DNA of 61,204 nt. Origin: a virus. Positions 52,215 through 61,156 of the stretch are shown piece by piece (position 1 is the stretch's first letter; each line of letters begins with the position of its first letter). The notes beneath the pieces were generated by a model. The model made no database searches, was not told where the DNA came from, and saw nothing but the letters and a program-made list of their open reading frames with translations. The stretch is taken from the IMG/VR virus record IMGVR_UViG_3300045988_122465; one strand, written 5' to 3'. A program made the translations under genes and the position numbers.

Positions 52215-52658
52215 CTAAAAAGGCAAATCATCCTTTGCATTACCATTCGCATCAACCGGAGGCGGAAAATCCTGCGGTTGATGATAAGTCGGCTGTGGTG
52301 GTTGTGTTGGTGCTGTTTGTGGGGATTGTGATACACCCCCACGCCCTTCTATTTTATAGCATCGAATAGACGCCATACGTTTAAGCTCTCCATCCTGATT
52401 CGTCCAAGAACGTCCCTGTAAGACAAATAATACAGTAACAACATCACCCCGATTAAAGCGGTCAAGTTCTGTACACTTGTCACCCGAAAACTCTAAGGGA
52501 ATAATGTTTTCATACTCGCTACGCTCTCCCGTATAAGGATCATAAGTGGTAGCGTCTAAAATAAACTCCCGTTTCGTAAATGAGGAACCACCGTTTTTGG
52601 ATGGGATTTGAACGGTTTGTCCGATTTCGATAATTCTTCCAGTTATTTGATTTGCCAT
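52215..52658 (-). CDS. Single-stranded DNA-binding protein (OB-fold, acidic tip)
   Basis: C-terminal ...DDLPF tail after a Pro/Gln-rich linker. Confidence 0.7.
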   Translation of the reverse strand: MANQITGRIIEIGQTVQIPSKNGGSSFTKREFILDATTYDPYTGERSEYENIIPLEFSGDKCTELDRFNRGDVVTVLFVLQGRSWTNQDGELKRMASIRCYKIEGRGGVSQSPQTAPTQPPQPTYHQPQDFPPPVDANGNAKDDLPF

Positions 52659-53419
52659 TAATTTTCTCCTCCAAAAATCTTTTTATCGGTTATAAGTTCC
52701 CTGTTCTCTTCCAAGAACCGGATAAACTCCTCACAATGATTAGTAAGAATAGGAATATCACGTTCAGGATTGAAAACGTATGTTTCTGTATAGGTATCTA
52801 CCACATAACCGCCTTTGTTGAACTCTACAATGTTGTACTCAAATGTCCGTACATCCGAACCGTTCTGCATCAAAGCGTAAGGATAAATCAAATGTTGATG
52901 GTGGTCTTTGAATTTCCCTACAGTGTAACTGCCGGTTGTTTTGATGTCGTGAACGCTGGTAGGCATCAGTTCGTCAATTACCCCATAAACCAAAACATTG
53001 CCGTATGCGGTCGGTAGGATTGCTTCTACTCTCTGCTGTGTTAATGCGCCTTTGAAATAGTCTGCAAATTCACAACAAAGAGAAATAGGGAAAGTAAATG
53101 TACGATTCTTGTAAATTACCGTGTAGCAAGTGTTTTCTGCATTCCTTTCTACATCCATATCATTAGGCTTTCTCTTTTCAATCAGAGCATCCACTAATTC
53201 ATTAAAGGCTGTTCCCTTGTCTGCCGCTTCGCTATCGAATGGCTTGCGGTTAATCCGGTCTATCAGTTCTTGAAACTGTTGTTCGTGAAATTCTTCGGGA
53301 GTATGGGGCGGATTTTCTGACCACCCCCAATATTTATCCCAAATCACATCACTATTCAGATATTCCCCAAAGGCATCAAGAAGCGTTGCGTAAATACGAT
53401 ATTTAGGCTGCTGGTTCAT
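52658..53419 (-). CDS. PD-(D/E)xK recombination exonuclease (Cas4/RecB-like)
   Basis: VYGVIDELMPTSVHDIKTT motif; between the SSB and Sak4-like genes. Confidence 0.55.
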   Translation of the reverse strand: MNQQPKYRIYATLLDAFGEYLNSDVIWDKYWGWSENPPHTPEEFHEQQFQELIDRINRKPFDSEAADKGTAFNELVDALIEKRKPNDMDVERNAENTCYTVIYKNRTFTFPISLCCEFADYFKGALTQQRVEAILPTAYGNVLVYGVIDELMPTSVHDIKTTGSYTVGKFKDHHQHLIYPYALMQNGSDVRTFEYNIVEFNKGGYVVDTYTETYVFNPERDIPILTNHCEEFIRFLEENRELITDKKIFGGEN

Positions 53420-54332
53420 ATTTCTTTTCTGAATTAAGTTTCAGATTCAAAGACTTCGCTTTGTTGGCTACCAACTTTGCCGCCATTTGCTTTGAAGAAC
53501 CAACGTGCTCAAAATTATCTATTTGCGCGATAAAATTATTGGCAGATTCCGCATCCGTAATAAGTTCGATCTGTTCTTTTATTTCTTCAATAACTTTATC
53601 ATACTTTTCCTGTGCCGCTTTTTTGGCTGCAAGCATACCCAAATACGAATTGATTATCTTGGTAGTGATAAAGTCGTTTTTGGCAGTCGGATTGCCATTC
53701 TTGTCAAGGATGGTAGGAACCTCCATTACTGAAGGAAGATTGCAGGTATTCTTACCGTCATTTCTTGAAGTCGGGTCAAAAGTTATAGTGCGTCTTTGAA
53801 CGCCTCTTTCACTTTTCATTTCAAGATAGCCGAGCAAATCCAGTTCGGTAACGATGGAGTTGTAGGATTTTTCACGTAAAGCAGGAATGAACACCGTATC
53901 ATCACCCTCTTTCCGTGTGTCCCGATGGGCAACGAAAATGATGTGTTTATTCAAGCTTGAGAGCGTTCTTGTCATCCATGAAAACTCTGCATTAATACCG
54001 CTCCAATCCCTGATGGATGGTTGGCGGCTGCCACATTTATAAGTAATGATGAAATCCATCATCTTACCAATGGTATCAACTACGATTGTCTGATAAGCCG
54101 ATAAATCTTCTTGCAAAACCTGTTGCACATCATTCCATGAAGTGACCTGTACGGTATCTATGTTTTCCAGATGCGCCATATTCATACGCTTGACTCCGTT
54201 GTCAAAGTCCAATAATAACGGTTTCGGTGCGCTCAATGCCACTGTTGATTTTCCCATACCAGCTTGACCGTAAATCATCATCTTTACTGTGGTAGGGATT
54301 ACTAATTCATTACTTTTTTTGATAAGACTCAT
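53403..54332 (-). CDS. RecA-fold AAA ATPase (Sak4-like)
   Basis: MIYGQAGMGKST Walker A, TIVVDTIG Walker B. Confidence 0.65.
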   Translation of the reverse strand: MSLIKKSNELVIPTTVKMMIYGQAGMGKSTVALSAPKPLLLDFDNGVKRMNMAHLENIDTVQVTSWNDVQQVLQEDLSAYQTIVVDTIGKMMDFIITYKCGSRQPSIRDWSGINAEFSWMTRTLSSLNKHIIFVAHRDTRKEGDDTVFIPALREKSYNSIVTELDLLGYLEMKSERGVQRRTITFDPTSRNDGKNTCNLPSVMEVPTILDKNGNPTAKNDFITTKIINSYLGMLAAKKAAQEKYDKVIEEIKEQIELITDAESANNFIAQIDNFEHVGSSKQMAAKLVANKAKSLNLKLNSEKKYEPAA

Positions 54333-54355
54333 AATCGTAAAATTTAAAGGGTTAA

Positions 54356-54583
54356 TTATATTCTTTGCTCTTTAGAATCAACGGCATAAAGAAGCACATC
54401 ACAGGCATTGATAGCGTATGGAGACATTTTTGTGGTTCCGGTCTTTTCTGCCCGTATTTTCTTCTCCGCTATCAGCTTTTCAAGTCTATAGCGACCGCCT
54501 ACAAACTCTTTTGCCTGCTCTTTATTGAGAGAAACTCTGCTACCTATTCGATAGAGAGTATTTAGTTTTGCTTCTGCATTCAT
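54356..54583 (-). CDS. Hypothetical 75-aa protein
   Basis: ORF track. Confidence 0.55.
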   Translation of the reverse strand: MNAEAKLNTLYRIGSRVSLNKEQAKEFVGGRYRLEKLIAEKKIRAEKTGTTKMSPYAINACDVLLYAVDSKEQRI

Positions 54584-54942
54584 TCTGGCCTCCTTATTCT
54601 TTCAATTCGTTCAACCTTTGCTTCTCTTCCTCTTCTCATCTCGCTTTGTTCGTGGTAAAGCGATAGTGAGAATACACATAATAGAAAACAGGAAACAGAA
54701 GCCCTAACTATTGGTGATAAGTCTAAGGTGAACTTAACACGATTAAGTCTTTCCATCATTTTAATGGATAACTCACTTCTGTTTCTTACCTGTAGCTTTT
54801 CATATATGCTCTGCATGTGATTTCTAATAGTGGCAGAGGAACGAAAAAGAAGATTAGCGACCTCCTTTACCTCTAACCCGCCACCATACAATTGAGCAAT
54901 TTCATTTTCTCTATCAGATAGCTCTGTAAATACTCTATCCAT
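54580..54942 (-). CDS. LuxR/sigma-70 region-4 type HTH regulator with a C-terminal TM segment
   Basis: LSDRENEIAQLYGGGLEVKEVANLLFRSSATIRNHMQSIYEKL; VSCFLLCVFSLSLY. Confidence 0.6.
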   Translation of the reverse strand: MDRVFTELSDRENEIAQLYGGGLEVKEVANLLFRSSATIRNHMQSIYEKLQVRNRSELSIKMMERLNRVKFTLDLSPIVRASVSCFLLCVFSLSLYHEQSEMRRGREAKVERIERIRRPE

Positions 54943-54961
54943 AATCGTGTAAGTTTAGATA

Positions 54962-55183
54962 CTATTTCTGCATATTATTTATAATATACATTGATCCGGT
55001 GTACTTGTTTTTAGAGATTGTGTATGCCGGCTTGCCGCCTGGAACAACAACACCTTTATCTCTCAATTCTTTGCTAATTACATGGGCTTGTTGTCTGTAG
55101 CCTGTAACATCAACTTCTGATAGCGGGATAATCTTCTGTTTGCCCGGTTTTACTTTTAAAATCGTTTCTCTGATTGTTGCCAT
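54962..55183 (-). CDS. Hypothetical 73-aa protein
   Basis: Start MATIRETI at 55183; the longer track ORF runs into the tRNA-like gene. Confidence 0.55.
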   Translation of the reverse strand: MATIRETILKVKPGKQKIIPLSEVDVTGYRQQAHVISKELRDKGVVVPGGKPAYTISKNKYTGSMYIINNMQK

Positions 55184-55207
55184 AAGATTAAAAATTAAAT
55201 TAATGAT

Positions 55208-55292
55208 TGGCGGGTGATAGAGGAATCGAACCCCTCTCAATTGTGATAATTGGCTGCGCAGCACAAAGCTCTAACCGATAAGCTAACCACCC
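55208..55292 (-). tRNA. 85-nt tRNA-like gene with a 16-nt anticodon loop, CCA encoded
   Basis: GGGUGGU-UA-GCUU-AUCGGUUA-GAGC-U-UUGUG-[CUGCGCAGCCAAUUAU]-CACAA-UUGAG-AGGGG-UUCGAUU-CCUCU-AUCACCC-G-CCA. Confidence 0.6.
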
Positions 55293-55448
55293 ATATAAGA
55301 AAGGTGCACTATCTTCACAGACGGCACGCCTAGTACAAACACAAAATAAAACACGACAAAAACTACTATATTTTTCAGAATCCGCCCGGCTGGTTTCCCT
55401 TACTCACAGTACTGGTTTATTGCAGGAACCTTATGCCGGATTGTCGGT

Positions 55449-55607
55449 CTACCTTTTTGCGGATTTCTGTTTGGATTTTAGGTGTTTCAATTCTTCAATT
55501 ATCCTTTCAAGGCGATTGTATTCTTCTCTCCCGGCATCGTAATCAAGTACGATACAGTCACGGCAAAACTCTAACCGCTTAATTTGCAGTTCTAATGCTT
55601 CATTCAT
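55449..55607 (-). CDS. Possible 52-aa coiled-coil ORF
   Basis: MNEALELQIKRLEFCRDCIVLDYDAGREEYNRLERIIEELKHLKSKQKSAKR. Confidence 0.4.
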   Translation of the reverse strand: MNEALELQIKRLEFCRDCIVLDYDAGREEYNRLERIIEELKHLKSKQKSAKR

Positions 55608-55614
55608 ATCTATC

Positions 55615-55812
55615 TTATTTAACGGTTATTATTCTTAAACGTTTTACAAGAGTATTTCCTAGGTGATAAGAATCACCAAAAAGAGTAATGCCCATAAAGG
55701 AGTTGTGTCGGATATTCACATTGTCAACTGTTCTTATCAGTCCGTCTGTATGTAAAATAGTGTCTCCGGCTTGAATTGTACTTATATGCACCTCTTCTAC
55801 CTCATAGTTCAT
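55615..55812 (-). CDS. Hypothetical 65-aa protein
   Basis: ORF track. Confidence 0.55.
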   Translation of the reverse strand: MNYEVEEVHISTIQAGDTILHTDGLIRTVDNVNIRHNSFMGITLFGDSYHLGNTLVKRLRIITVK

Positions 55813-55834
55813 TTTATCTAATTTATATTGAAGA

Positions 55835-55999
55835 TTATTTTTTATCTGCCAAGATCTCGAAACATTTCTTAGGAAGATTCTTTTTGAATTTCTCCCATGC
55901 GAGGCGTTTTGCTTCTGTCTCTGAACAGGCTTTTACTTCGTAGTCTATCGACCAACGCATATCTACATTGACCAAATATTCTTTTTTAATTTTATTCAT
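55835..55999 (-). CDS. Possible 54-aa ORF
   Basis: MNKIKKEYLVNVDMRWSIDYEVKACSETEAKRLAWEKFKKNLPKKCFEILADKK. Confidence 0.45.
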   Translation of the reverse strand: MNKIKKEYLVNVDMRWSIDYEVKACSETEAKRLAWEKFKKNLPKKCFEILADKK

Positions 56000-56028
56000 T
56001 TCTTATTTGTTATGAGGTGTTTTAAAGT

Positions 56029-56259
56029 TTATTTACGTAATTCTGTGTAGGTGATTCTAACAAAAGCAAAACAACCAACACATATAATACCCATTATAAT
56101 AATAGAGATCGTTTTTATTGGGCTGTAGGTTGTGATTGCCCCATAAAACATAATTATAGCGCATAAGGCTAAAAATATGGATAAAATCAACTGGATTATT
56201 TTCATAATTGTAAAATTTGAAAGTTTGTTCCCCTGAACCAATTCGATTGGCAACATCAC
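56029..56259 (-). CDS. Small two-TM membrane protein
   Basis: IIQLILSIFLALCAIIMFYGAI and ISIIIMGIICVGCFAFV. Confidence 0.5.
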   Translation of the reverse strand: MMLPIELVQGNKLSNFTIMKIIQLILSIFLALCAIIMFYGAITTYSPIKTISIIIMGIICVGCFAFVRITYTELRK

Positions 56260-56314
56260 GTTATAATCAGGGGATTTTCTTAACTTTGAGGTGTCTAACT
56301 AAAAATTAAGAAAT

Positions 56315-56512
56315 ATGAAACAGTTTATTGAAGTAAATCTTAAAAATGGAGGTGTAACATTAGTTAATGTAAACACTATTAGTTTTTTGAGTGCATTAAA
56401 TAGCGGCAAGGTGCAAATTATCCTTACTTCACCATCTTCAAATGGCTCTCATTTCATAGAAACGAGTGAAACATACGAAGAAATAAAAACTAAGATTCAG
56501 GAAGCCCTTTAA
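56315..56512 (+). CDS. Hypothetical 65-aa protein (opposite strand)
   Basis: ORF track; followed by a long hairpin at 56530-56579 (ttggcggta...taccgccaa). Confidence 0.45.
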   Translation: MKQFIEVNLKNGGVTLVNVNTISFLSALNSGKVQIILTSPSSNGSHFIETSETYEEIKTKIQEAL

Positions 56513-56640
56513 TCCATTTATAGATTTGGTTGGCGGTATAATATACACAATCATAATGTGTGTTTGTCTTTACCGCCAATCTTACACACCATTTACGCAA
56601 CCTTATATCGTTACGCCTTTTAATATACTGAACTATTCTT

Positions 56641-56898
56641 TTAATCATCTTTTTTCTCTTTATTGGTTGGATATAACTTCTCGCTCCACTCTCTTATAGT
56701 CCTATTTACATAGCGGACTACACTATCATCCGGCAAGTCAGATACTAAAATATTCGGCATATCTTTACCTGCTTCAGCATTAATGATTGAATAAAACAGA
56801 AATTTGTATGCTTGCTTATATTGGATAAGCTCATCTTTCAATTTACAGATAGTATTTACATCTGTATTGGTAAATCTTCTTTTTCGCCTACGTTTCAT
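56641..56898 (-). CDS. Hypothetical 85-aa protein
   Basis: ORF track. Confidence 0.55.
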   Translation of the reverse strand: MKRRRKRRFTNTDVNTICKLKDELIQYKQAYKFLFYSIINAEAGKDMPNILVSDLPDDSVVRYVNRTIREWSEKLYPTNKEKKDD

Positions 56899-57255
56899 AA
56901 TAATATGTTTTAGTTAGTACCCGTGCTCTCATCGAAGAGAAGAACCCTTATCACAAGTTCGGCACGGGCTATATTGCACCTGTTAGCGCAACCGTTGCCT
57001 ACTCGGTAGTGCTTACTGATAAAGACATTTTCAGACTAACAGTAAATTTCGTTTCAAGTAATATAGCCTACCACCGTTCACCGCATCCCTGCTATGGTGG
57101 CTTCTATATCTCATTATCTTTGGTTGACCTTGACGGCTTATGAATTACACCGTAAAGGCTTTTACAATATGTCAAAGAGCTTAATCAATAGTGCCCGTGT
57201 AGAATATTCTCTACGTCTGCACGGGTTGTCGTGCTCGGTATAATCATGTAAGATT
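56899..57255 (-). other. 357-bp ORF-free, hairpin-rich segment inside the early operon (candidate ncRNA or cis element)
   Basis: CCCGTGC...GCACGGG (about 56918-56969) and CCCGTG-[GTAGA..TCTAC]-CACGGG (about 57193-57226) hairpins; CCACC...GGTGG at about 57071-57100. Confidence 0.35.
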
Positions 57256-57507
57256 CTATGCGTATCTGCTTAAACCTTGAATCAGACAAAGGGCATCATA
57301 ATTCATGTCGTTATCTTCGTCTGTATCCGGTCCTGAAAGGATGGCTTCATAGGTATCAATTTCTTCTTGTATCACTTCTATGATGTCAGCCTTGCAATCT
57401 ACGTTGTAAACTCTGCGGGCTGTTTCTTCATCCATATTCTGAACATGGTCCAGGTCTCTGTATAAGGCATTCAAGCCTTGTTCAATCTCGCAACGTGTCA
57501 TAATCAT
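57256..57507 (-). CDS. Hypothetical acidic 83-aa protein
   Basis: ORF track. Confidence 0.6.
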   Translation of the reverse strand: MIMTRCEIEQGLNALYRDLDHVQNMDEETARRVYNVDCKADIIEVIQEEIDTYEAILSGPDTDEDNDMNYDALCLIQGLSRYA

Positions 57508-57836
57508 GCAATTTTTAAAAGGTTAGCTTTCTTGAAACATCTGAACTCACCGCGTTCTGTATCGAAATAGGTTTGAACCGTATCGTTCTTTGCTCTTTTG
57601 TCATTACCGGTTACTGTCGGCATGTATTTTTCGCAAAGCGTGCCGTAAGCTTCTCTCATTGTGCCATCTACTTTCTGAAAATAGAACTTCACAATCTTGC
57701 TTTTCATTTGAGCTTTCAACTTCATATTTGCCCACGCGCATTTCAGTGCTTCGCTCATTGAAAAACCGTTTCTCTTTACAAAAGACCATGCTAGACTCAT
57801 GACCTCTTTCATTTGATTTTTAAAATTCGTGCTCAT
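57504..57836 (-). CDS. Hypothetical 110-aa protein, first gene of the main early operon (paralog of 33496..33825)
   Basis: ACGATTATG start; full-length similarity to the cassette B copy. Confidence 0.75.
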   Translation of the reverse strand: MSTNFKNQMKEVMSLAWSFVKRNGFSMSEALKCAWANMKLKAQMKSKIVKFYFQKVDGTMREAYGTLCEKYMPTVTGNDKRAKNDTVQTYFDTERGEFRCFKKANLLKIA

Positions 57837-58022
57837 AATCGTGTATTTTAATATGTTTATACTATTGTATATGACCTTAAAAATGTCTTTCTTTGCAAAA
57901 GTGATTAGGTTATCACTGTTTGATGATGCAAATATACTAGAAGTTCTATATCTAGCATAGAATTTCTAGTTAATTATTGTAAATATGCTAGGTTTTCTAT
58001 AATTAAAAACTAGAATATCTAT
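57837..58022. promoter_or_regulatory. Main lysis/lysogeny switch: divergent promoters plus four CTAGAAnnTCTAT-type operators
   Basis: Minus-sense CTAGTATATTTGCATCATCAAA; operators at 57937-57949, 57957-57969 (inverted), 57988-58000, 58010-58022. Confidence 0.65.
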
Positions 58023-58718
58023 ATGACTTTAAGAGAAAGAATGTTCTATCTGATTGAGAAAGAGGGTATTAATCCAAACCAATTCTATACTATCTCTGGT
58101 TTGGGGAATGGGTACTTGAATAATGTTGGTGAAAGTTTCAGAAAACCGACAATAGAAAAAATAAAAAAAAGCTTCCCACATTGGAATATGGACTGGATTC
58201 TTTATGAAAAAGGAGAACCTATTATATCTAAAGAAAATATAGAAGTTCTAGAAGCAGTGCCATTGAATCAGAACTATATTATAAATGTGCCATTAGTGAA
58301 TCAATATGCACAAGCAGGTTATTTATGTGGCTTCCAAGATGCTGCATATATGGCTACATTGCCTACTATACCTTTTATAATAGATCATGAGGCTAAAGGA
58401 AACTATGTAGCTTTTGAGGTGAGAGGCGATAGTATGAATGATGGAACAGAGGAAAGTTACCTTGAAGGAGATAGGCTTCTTTGTCGCGAAATTGCCCCCT
58501 ATCTATGGGCGGAGTCTAAACTTCATATTAGAAAATGGGATTTTGTAATAATCCATGAGGAAGGTATATTAGTCAAAAGGATTATTGATCATAATCTAGA
58601 AAATCATACAATAACGATACATTCCCTAAATGATATGTATTCTGATAGAGTTATTGATTTGGCAGAGGTTAGGCAAATATTCAATGTGATAGAATTACAA
58701 AGGCCAAGAAGGAGATAG
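58023..58718 (+). CDS. CI/LexA-like repressor (HTH plus S24 peptidase)
   Basis: FEVRGDSMNDG (Ser) and ILVKRII (Lys) autocleavage motifs. Confidence 0.85.
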   Translation: MTLRERMFYLIEKEGINPNQFYTISGLGNGYLNNVGESFRKPTIEKIKKSFPHWNMDWILYEKGEPIISKENIEVLEAVPLNQNYIINVPLVNQYAQAGYLCGFQDAAYMATLPTIPFIIDHEAKGNYVAFEVRGDSMNDGTEESYLEGDRLLCREIAPYLWAESKLHIRKWDFVIIHEEGILVKRIIDHNLENHTITIHSLNDMYSDRVIDLAEVRQIFNVIELQRPRRR

Positions 58719-58755
58719 TTTAAAGCTTAATGTGCAAACTGTTGAAACTAGTATT

Positions 58756-60210
58756 ATGAAATTCAATCCATATACATGGAATTTGTATAGGCAGACTGTT
58801 ATCGGAGAAAAAATGATAAAGTATTTTTCCGATGCAGAAGGGTATGATTTGTTTAAAAGGTATTGTCCTCATTCCTGTTTTATACCAGAAGATTTATATA
58901 ACGATTGGTTGGAAGATATATATTGTTACGGTGTGTCAGATTACGACAAACCAGTTTCATTGGATGAAGCAAAAGAACTGTATGTTTCACTTATTACGTT
59001 AGGTATAAGGGTAGAAGGACAACAATGGCTTCCTGCTAATGATTTCAAAAATATGCTTGAAATTATCCAACCTATGTCCTATATTCTATCACAATTCGCG
59101 CCTGAATATTTCTTTCCATATTTATTCCTATGTCGGATATTTGAGTTAGATAAAATAGCCGACTTTTTTGGTATTGACCTTCCCAATATACCTAAAAGAG
59201 CTGATTATAAAGGAAGATGTATGTATTATTGGGAATTGTGCGAAATCTTTTATGGGTTTAGGAAAGAAAATGGATTGTCTTCAGTGGAATTATGGGCTTT
59301 TCTGTATGACTTTGCCCTTAATAACATCCAAAATGAGAAAACTGATATTCCCAAGCCATCGCAAGCATGGTTTATAGGTGGCAGATTATATCCGGAAGAT
59401 AAATCTTTAGATTCAAAATTTTGGCAATCAAATCCCGATACAGCAAAAGGAGATATTCTTGTCCATTATGAAACATCTCCGGTTAGTGCAATCACTTGTA
59501 TAGAGACATCGCTCACAGATGGGGTAATAGACCCACTATTTCGATATTATGGATGTATCTATATTGGCAATAGAATAAGCATTCCTCGAATCAGCCTGAA
59601 AGAACTACAAGCCGACGAATACTTTTCAAAACATTCACTTATCAGAAAGAAGTTTCAAGGTGTAAACGGGTGGGGGATGAGTAGCGAAGATTATTCCGAA
59701 CTTCTACGGGTGATAAAGGCAAAGGGGTTTGATACTGATACGCTACCGAAACTATATGCCCCAACTATGCCAAAGAATGTGAATATAGAAATAGAACGAG
59801 ACGTGGAGCAGCAATTGTTAGAACCATTGCTTAACTCTATGGGATGGTACGAAAACAAGGATTTCATTCGGCAATTACCGATACATGCAGGACGCGGGCA
59901 TAGGGTATTTCCTGATTATGCACTCCATTATGATAACAAACCCGATGAGGAAAGGGCAAAAGTTCTGATTGAAGCTAAGTCGCATATGAAAAATAACAAG
60001 GAGATAGAAGAAGCTTTTTTACAAGCTCGCTCATACGCTTGTCTTCTAGAATCCTCCGTCATCATCCTATGTGATAAAGTGGGGTTGATTGTATATGAAA
60101 AGAAAGACAGTTTCGATCGAGATAGATACAAGAAATATCATTGGATAGAATTTGAAAATCCAGATATATTCAACGAATTAAAGAACAAACTAAATATTAA
60201 AGCACAATGA
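58756..60210 (+). CDS. Large protein with a C-terminal HsdR-N/Mrr-like PD-(D/E)xK nuclease domain
   Basis: ERDVEQQLLEPLL...HRVFPDYAL...KVLIEAKS...QARSYA; track ORF from GTG 58732. Confidence 0.6.
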   Translation: MKFNPYTWNLYRQTVIGEKMIKYFSDAEGYDLFKRYCPHSCFIPEDLYNDWLEDIYCYGVSDYDKPVSLDEAKELYVSLITLGIRVEGQQWLPANDFKNMLEIIQPMSYILSQFAPEYFFPYLFLCRIFELDKIADFFGIDLPNIPKRADYKGRCMYYWELCEIFYGFRKENGLSSVELWAFLYDFALNNIQNEKTDIPKPSQAWFIGGRLYPEDKSLDSKFWQSNPDTAKGDILVHYETSPVSAITCIETSLTDGVIDPLFRYYGCIYIGNRISIPRISLKELQADEYFSKHSLIRKKFQGVNGWGMSSEDYSELLRVIKAKGFDTDTLPKLYAPTMPKNVNIEIERDVEQQLLEPLLNSMGWYENKDFIRQLPIHAGRGHRVFPDYALHYDNKPDEERAKVLIEAKSHMKNNKEIEEAFLQARSYACLLESSVIILCDKVGLIVYEKKDSFDRDRYKKYHWIEFENPDIFNELKNKLNIKAQ

Positions 60211-61028
60211 AAAAGATTTTATTTTTAATGGTGGCTGCATTAGCGGTAATGGGATGCAGTAAAGATGAAGATGTGAAAGATGAGGAATATGAAATTGTTG
60301 CATTCTTTAATACCTATAATTCTAAGGATTCAATACATTGCTATGCAGTAGATGATGAGCATTTATATAAACAAGAAAGAGGGAGCAATAAGGTCGTATG
60401 GAAGAAGCCTGTTACAGTCCCTGATCCTATTATAAAGGATTTGGGGTATGGAGAAAAAGAAGTTATAGAATATATATACTCTTTTGTCGCATTAGATACT
60501 GATAAGCATATTTATACATGTTGGTTGGCAGCAAAAGAGAGAGAGTATTATTGTAATATTGGATTGTATTCCATAACTGGAGAGTTTATTAAAAATGAAA
60601 AAATAATCTCAGTAGCCAATTCCCCCAAATTAATTGAATTGAAAGATGGAGATGTCATAATAATTGCGAAAGGAGTTGATTCCTATGTTTATGTTGTTAT
60701 TGATGAAAATGTAAATATAGTTAAGCAAGGAAAAAATATTCCTTATTTGGATCATATTAGATTTATAAATAGCTTTCAATATATTACATATAATAGCAGC
60801 TCAATAATATTCTTCAACCTTAACACACAGGAAAAGATGGAAGTGAATGTAAGAGAATTTATTGATAACAAGTATTCCGATGAGAACCATAAACCTAAAT
60901 ATGTAATAAAAGACATCGAGGTCGGTTCTCGCTATTCAATAGCGCATATTGCTGTAACTCTATATAGTGGAGTTGTTGATAATGTTGAGATGAAGCTAAA
61001 TAATGAAACAGGTGAAATTCTAAAGTAA
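60207..61028 (+). CDS. Lipoprotein, 273 aa
   Basis: MKKILFLMVAALAVMGCSKDED lipobox; ATGA overlap with the upstream gene. Confidence 0.7.
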   Translation: MKKILFLMVAALAVMGCSKDEDVKDEEYEIVAFFNTYNSKDSIHCYAVDDEHLYKQERGSNKVVWKKPVTVPDPIIKDLGYGEKEVIEYIYSFVALDTDKHIYTCWLAAKEREYYCNIGLYSITGEFIKNEKIISVANSPKLIELKDGDVIIIAKGVDSYVYVVIDENVNIVKQGKNIPYLDHIRFINSFQYITYNSSSIIFFNLNTQEKMEVNVREFIDNKYSDENHKPKYVIKDIEVGSRYSIAHIAVTLYSGVVDNVEMKLNNETGEILK

Positions 61029-61066
61029 ATTAATTATTAACATTTCAATTCTACCTTAAAAATAGC

Positions 61067-61091
61067 AATTGTATAGTAGATTGTTTTTTGA
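61067..61091 (+). repeat. P arm repeat (partner of 146-171)
   Basis: aattgtatagtagattgttttttga, direct orientation, about 65 nt before the attR core. Confidence 0.45.
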
Positions 61092-61156
61092 AAGGGTTAG
61101 AAAAGAGTGCTTAATAAATTAGTAATCAGTATAATAATAGAGCTGTTGCATGGGAC

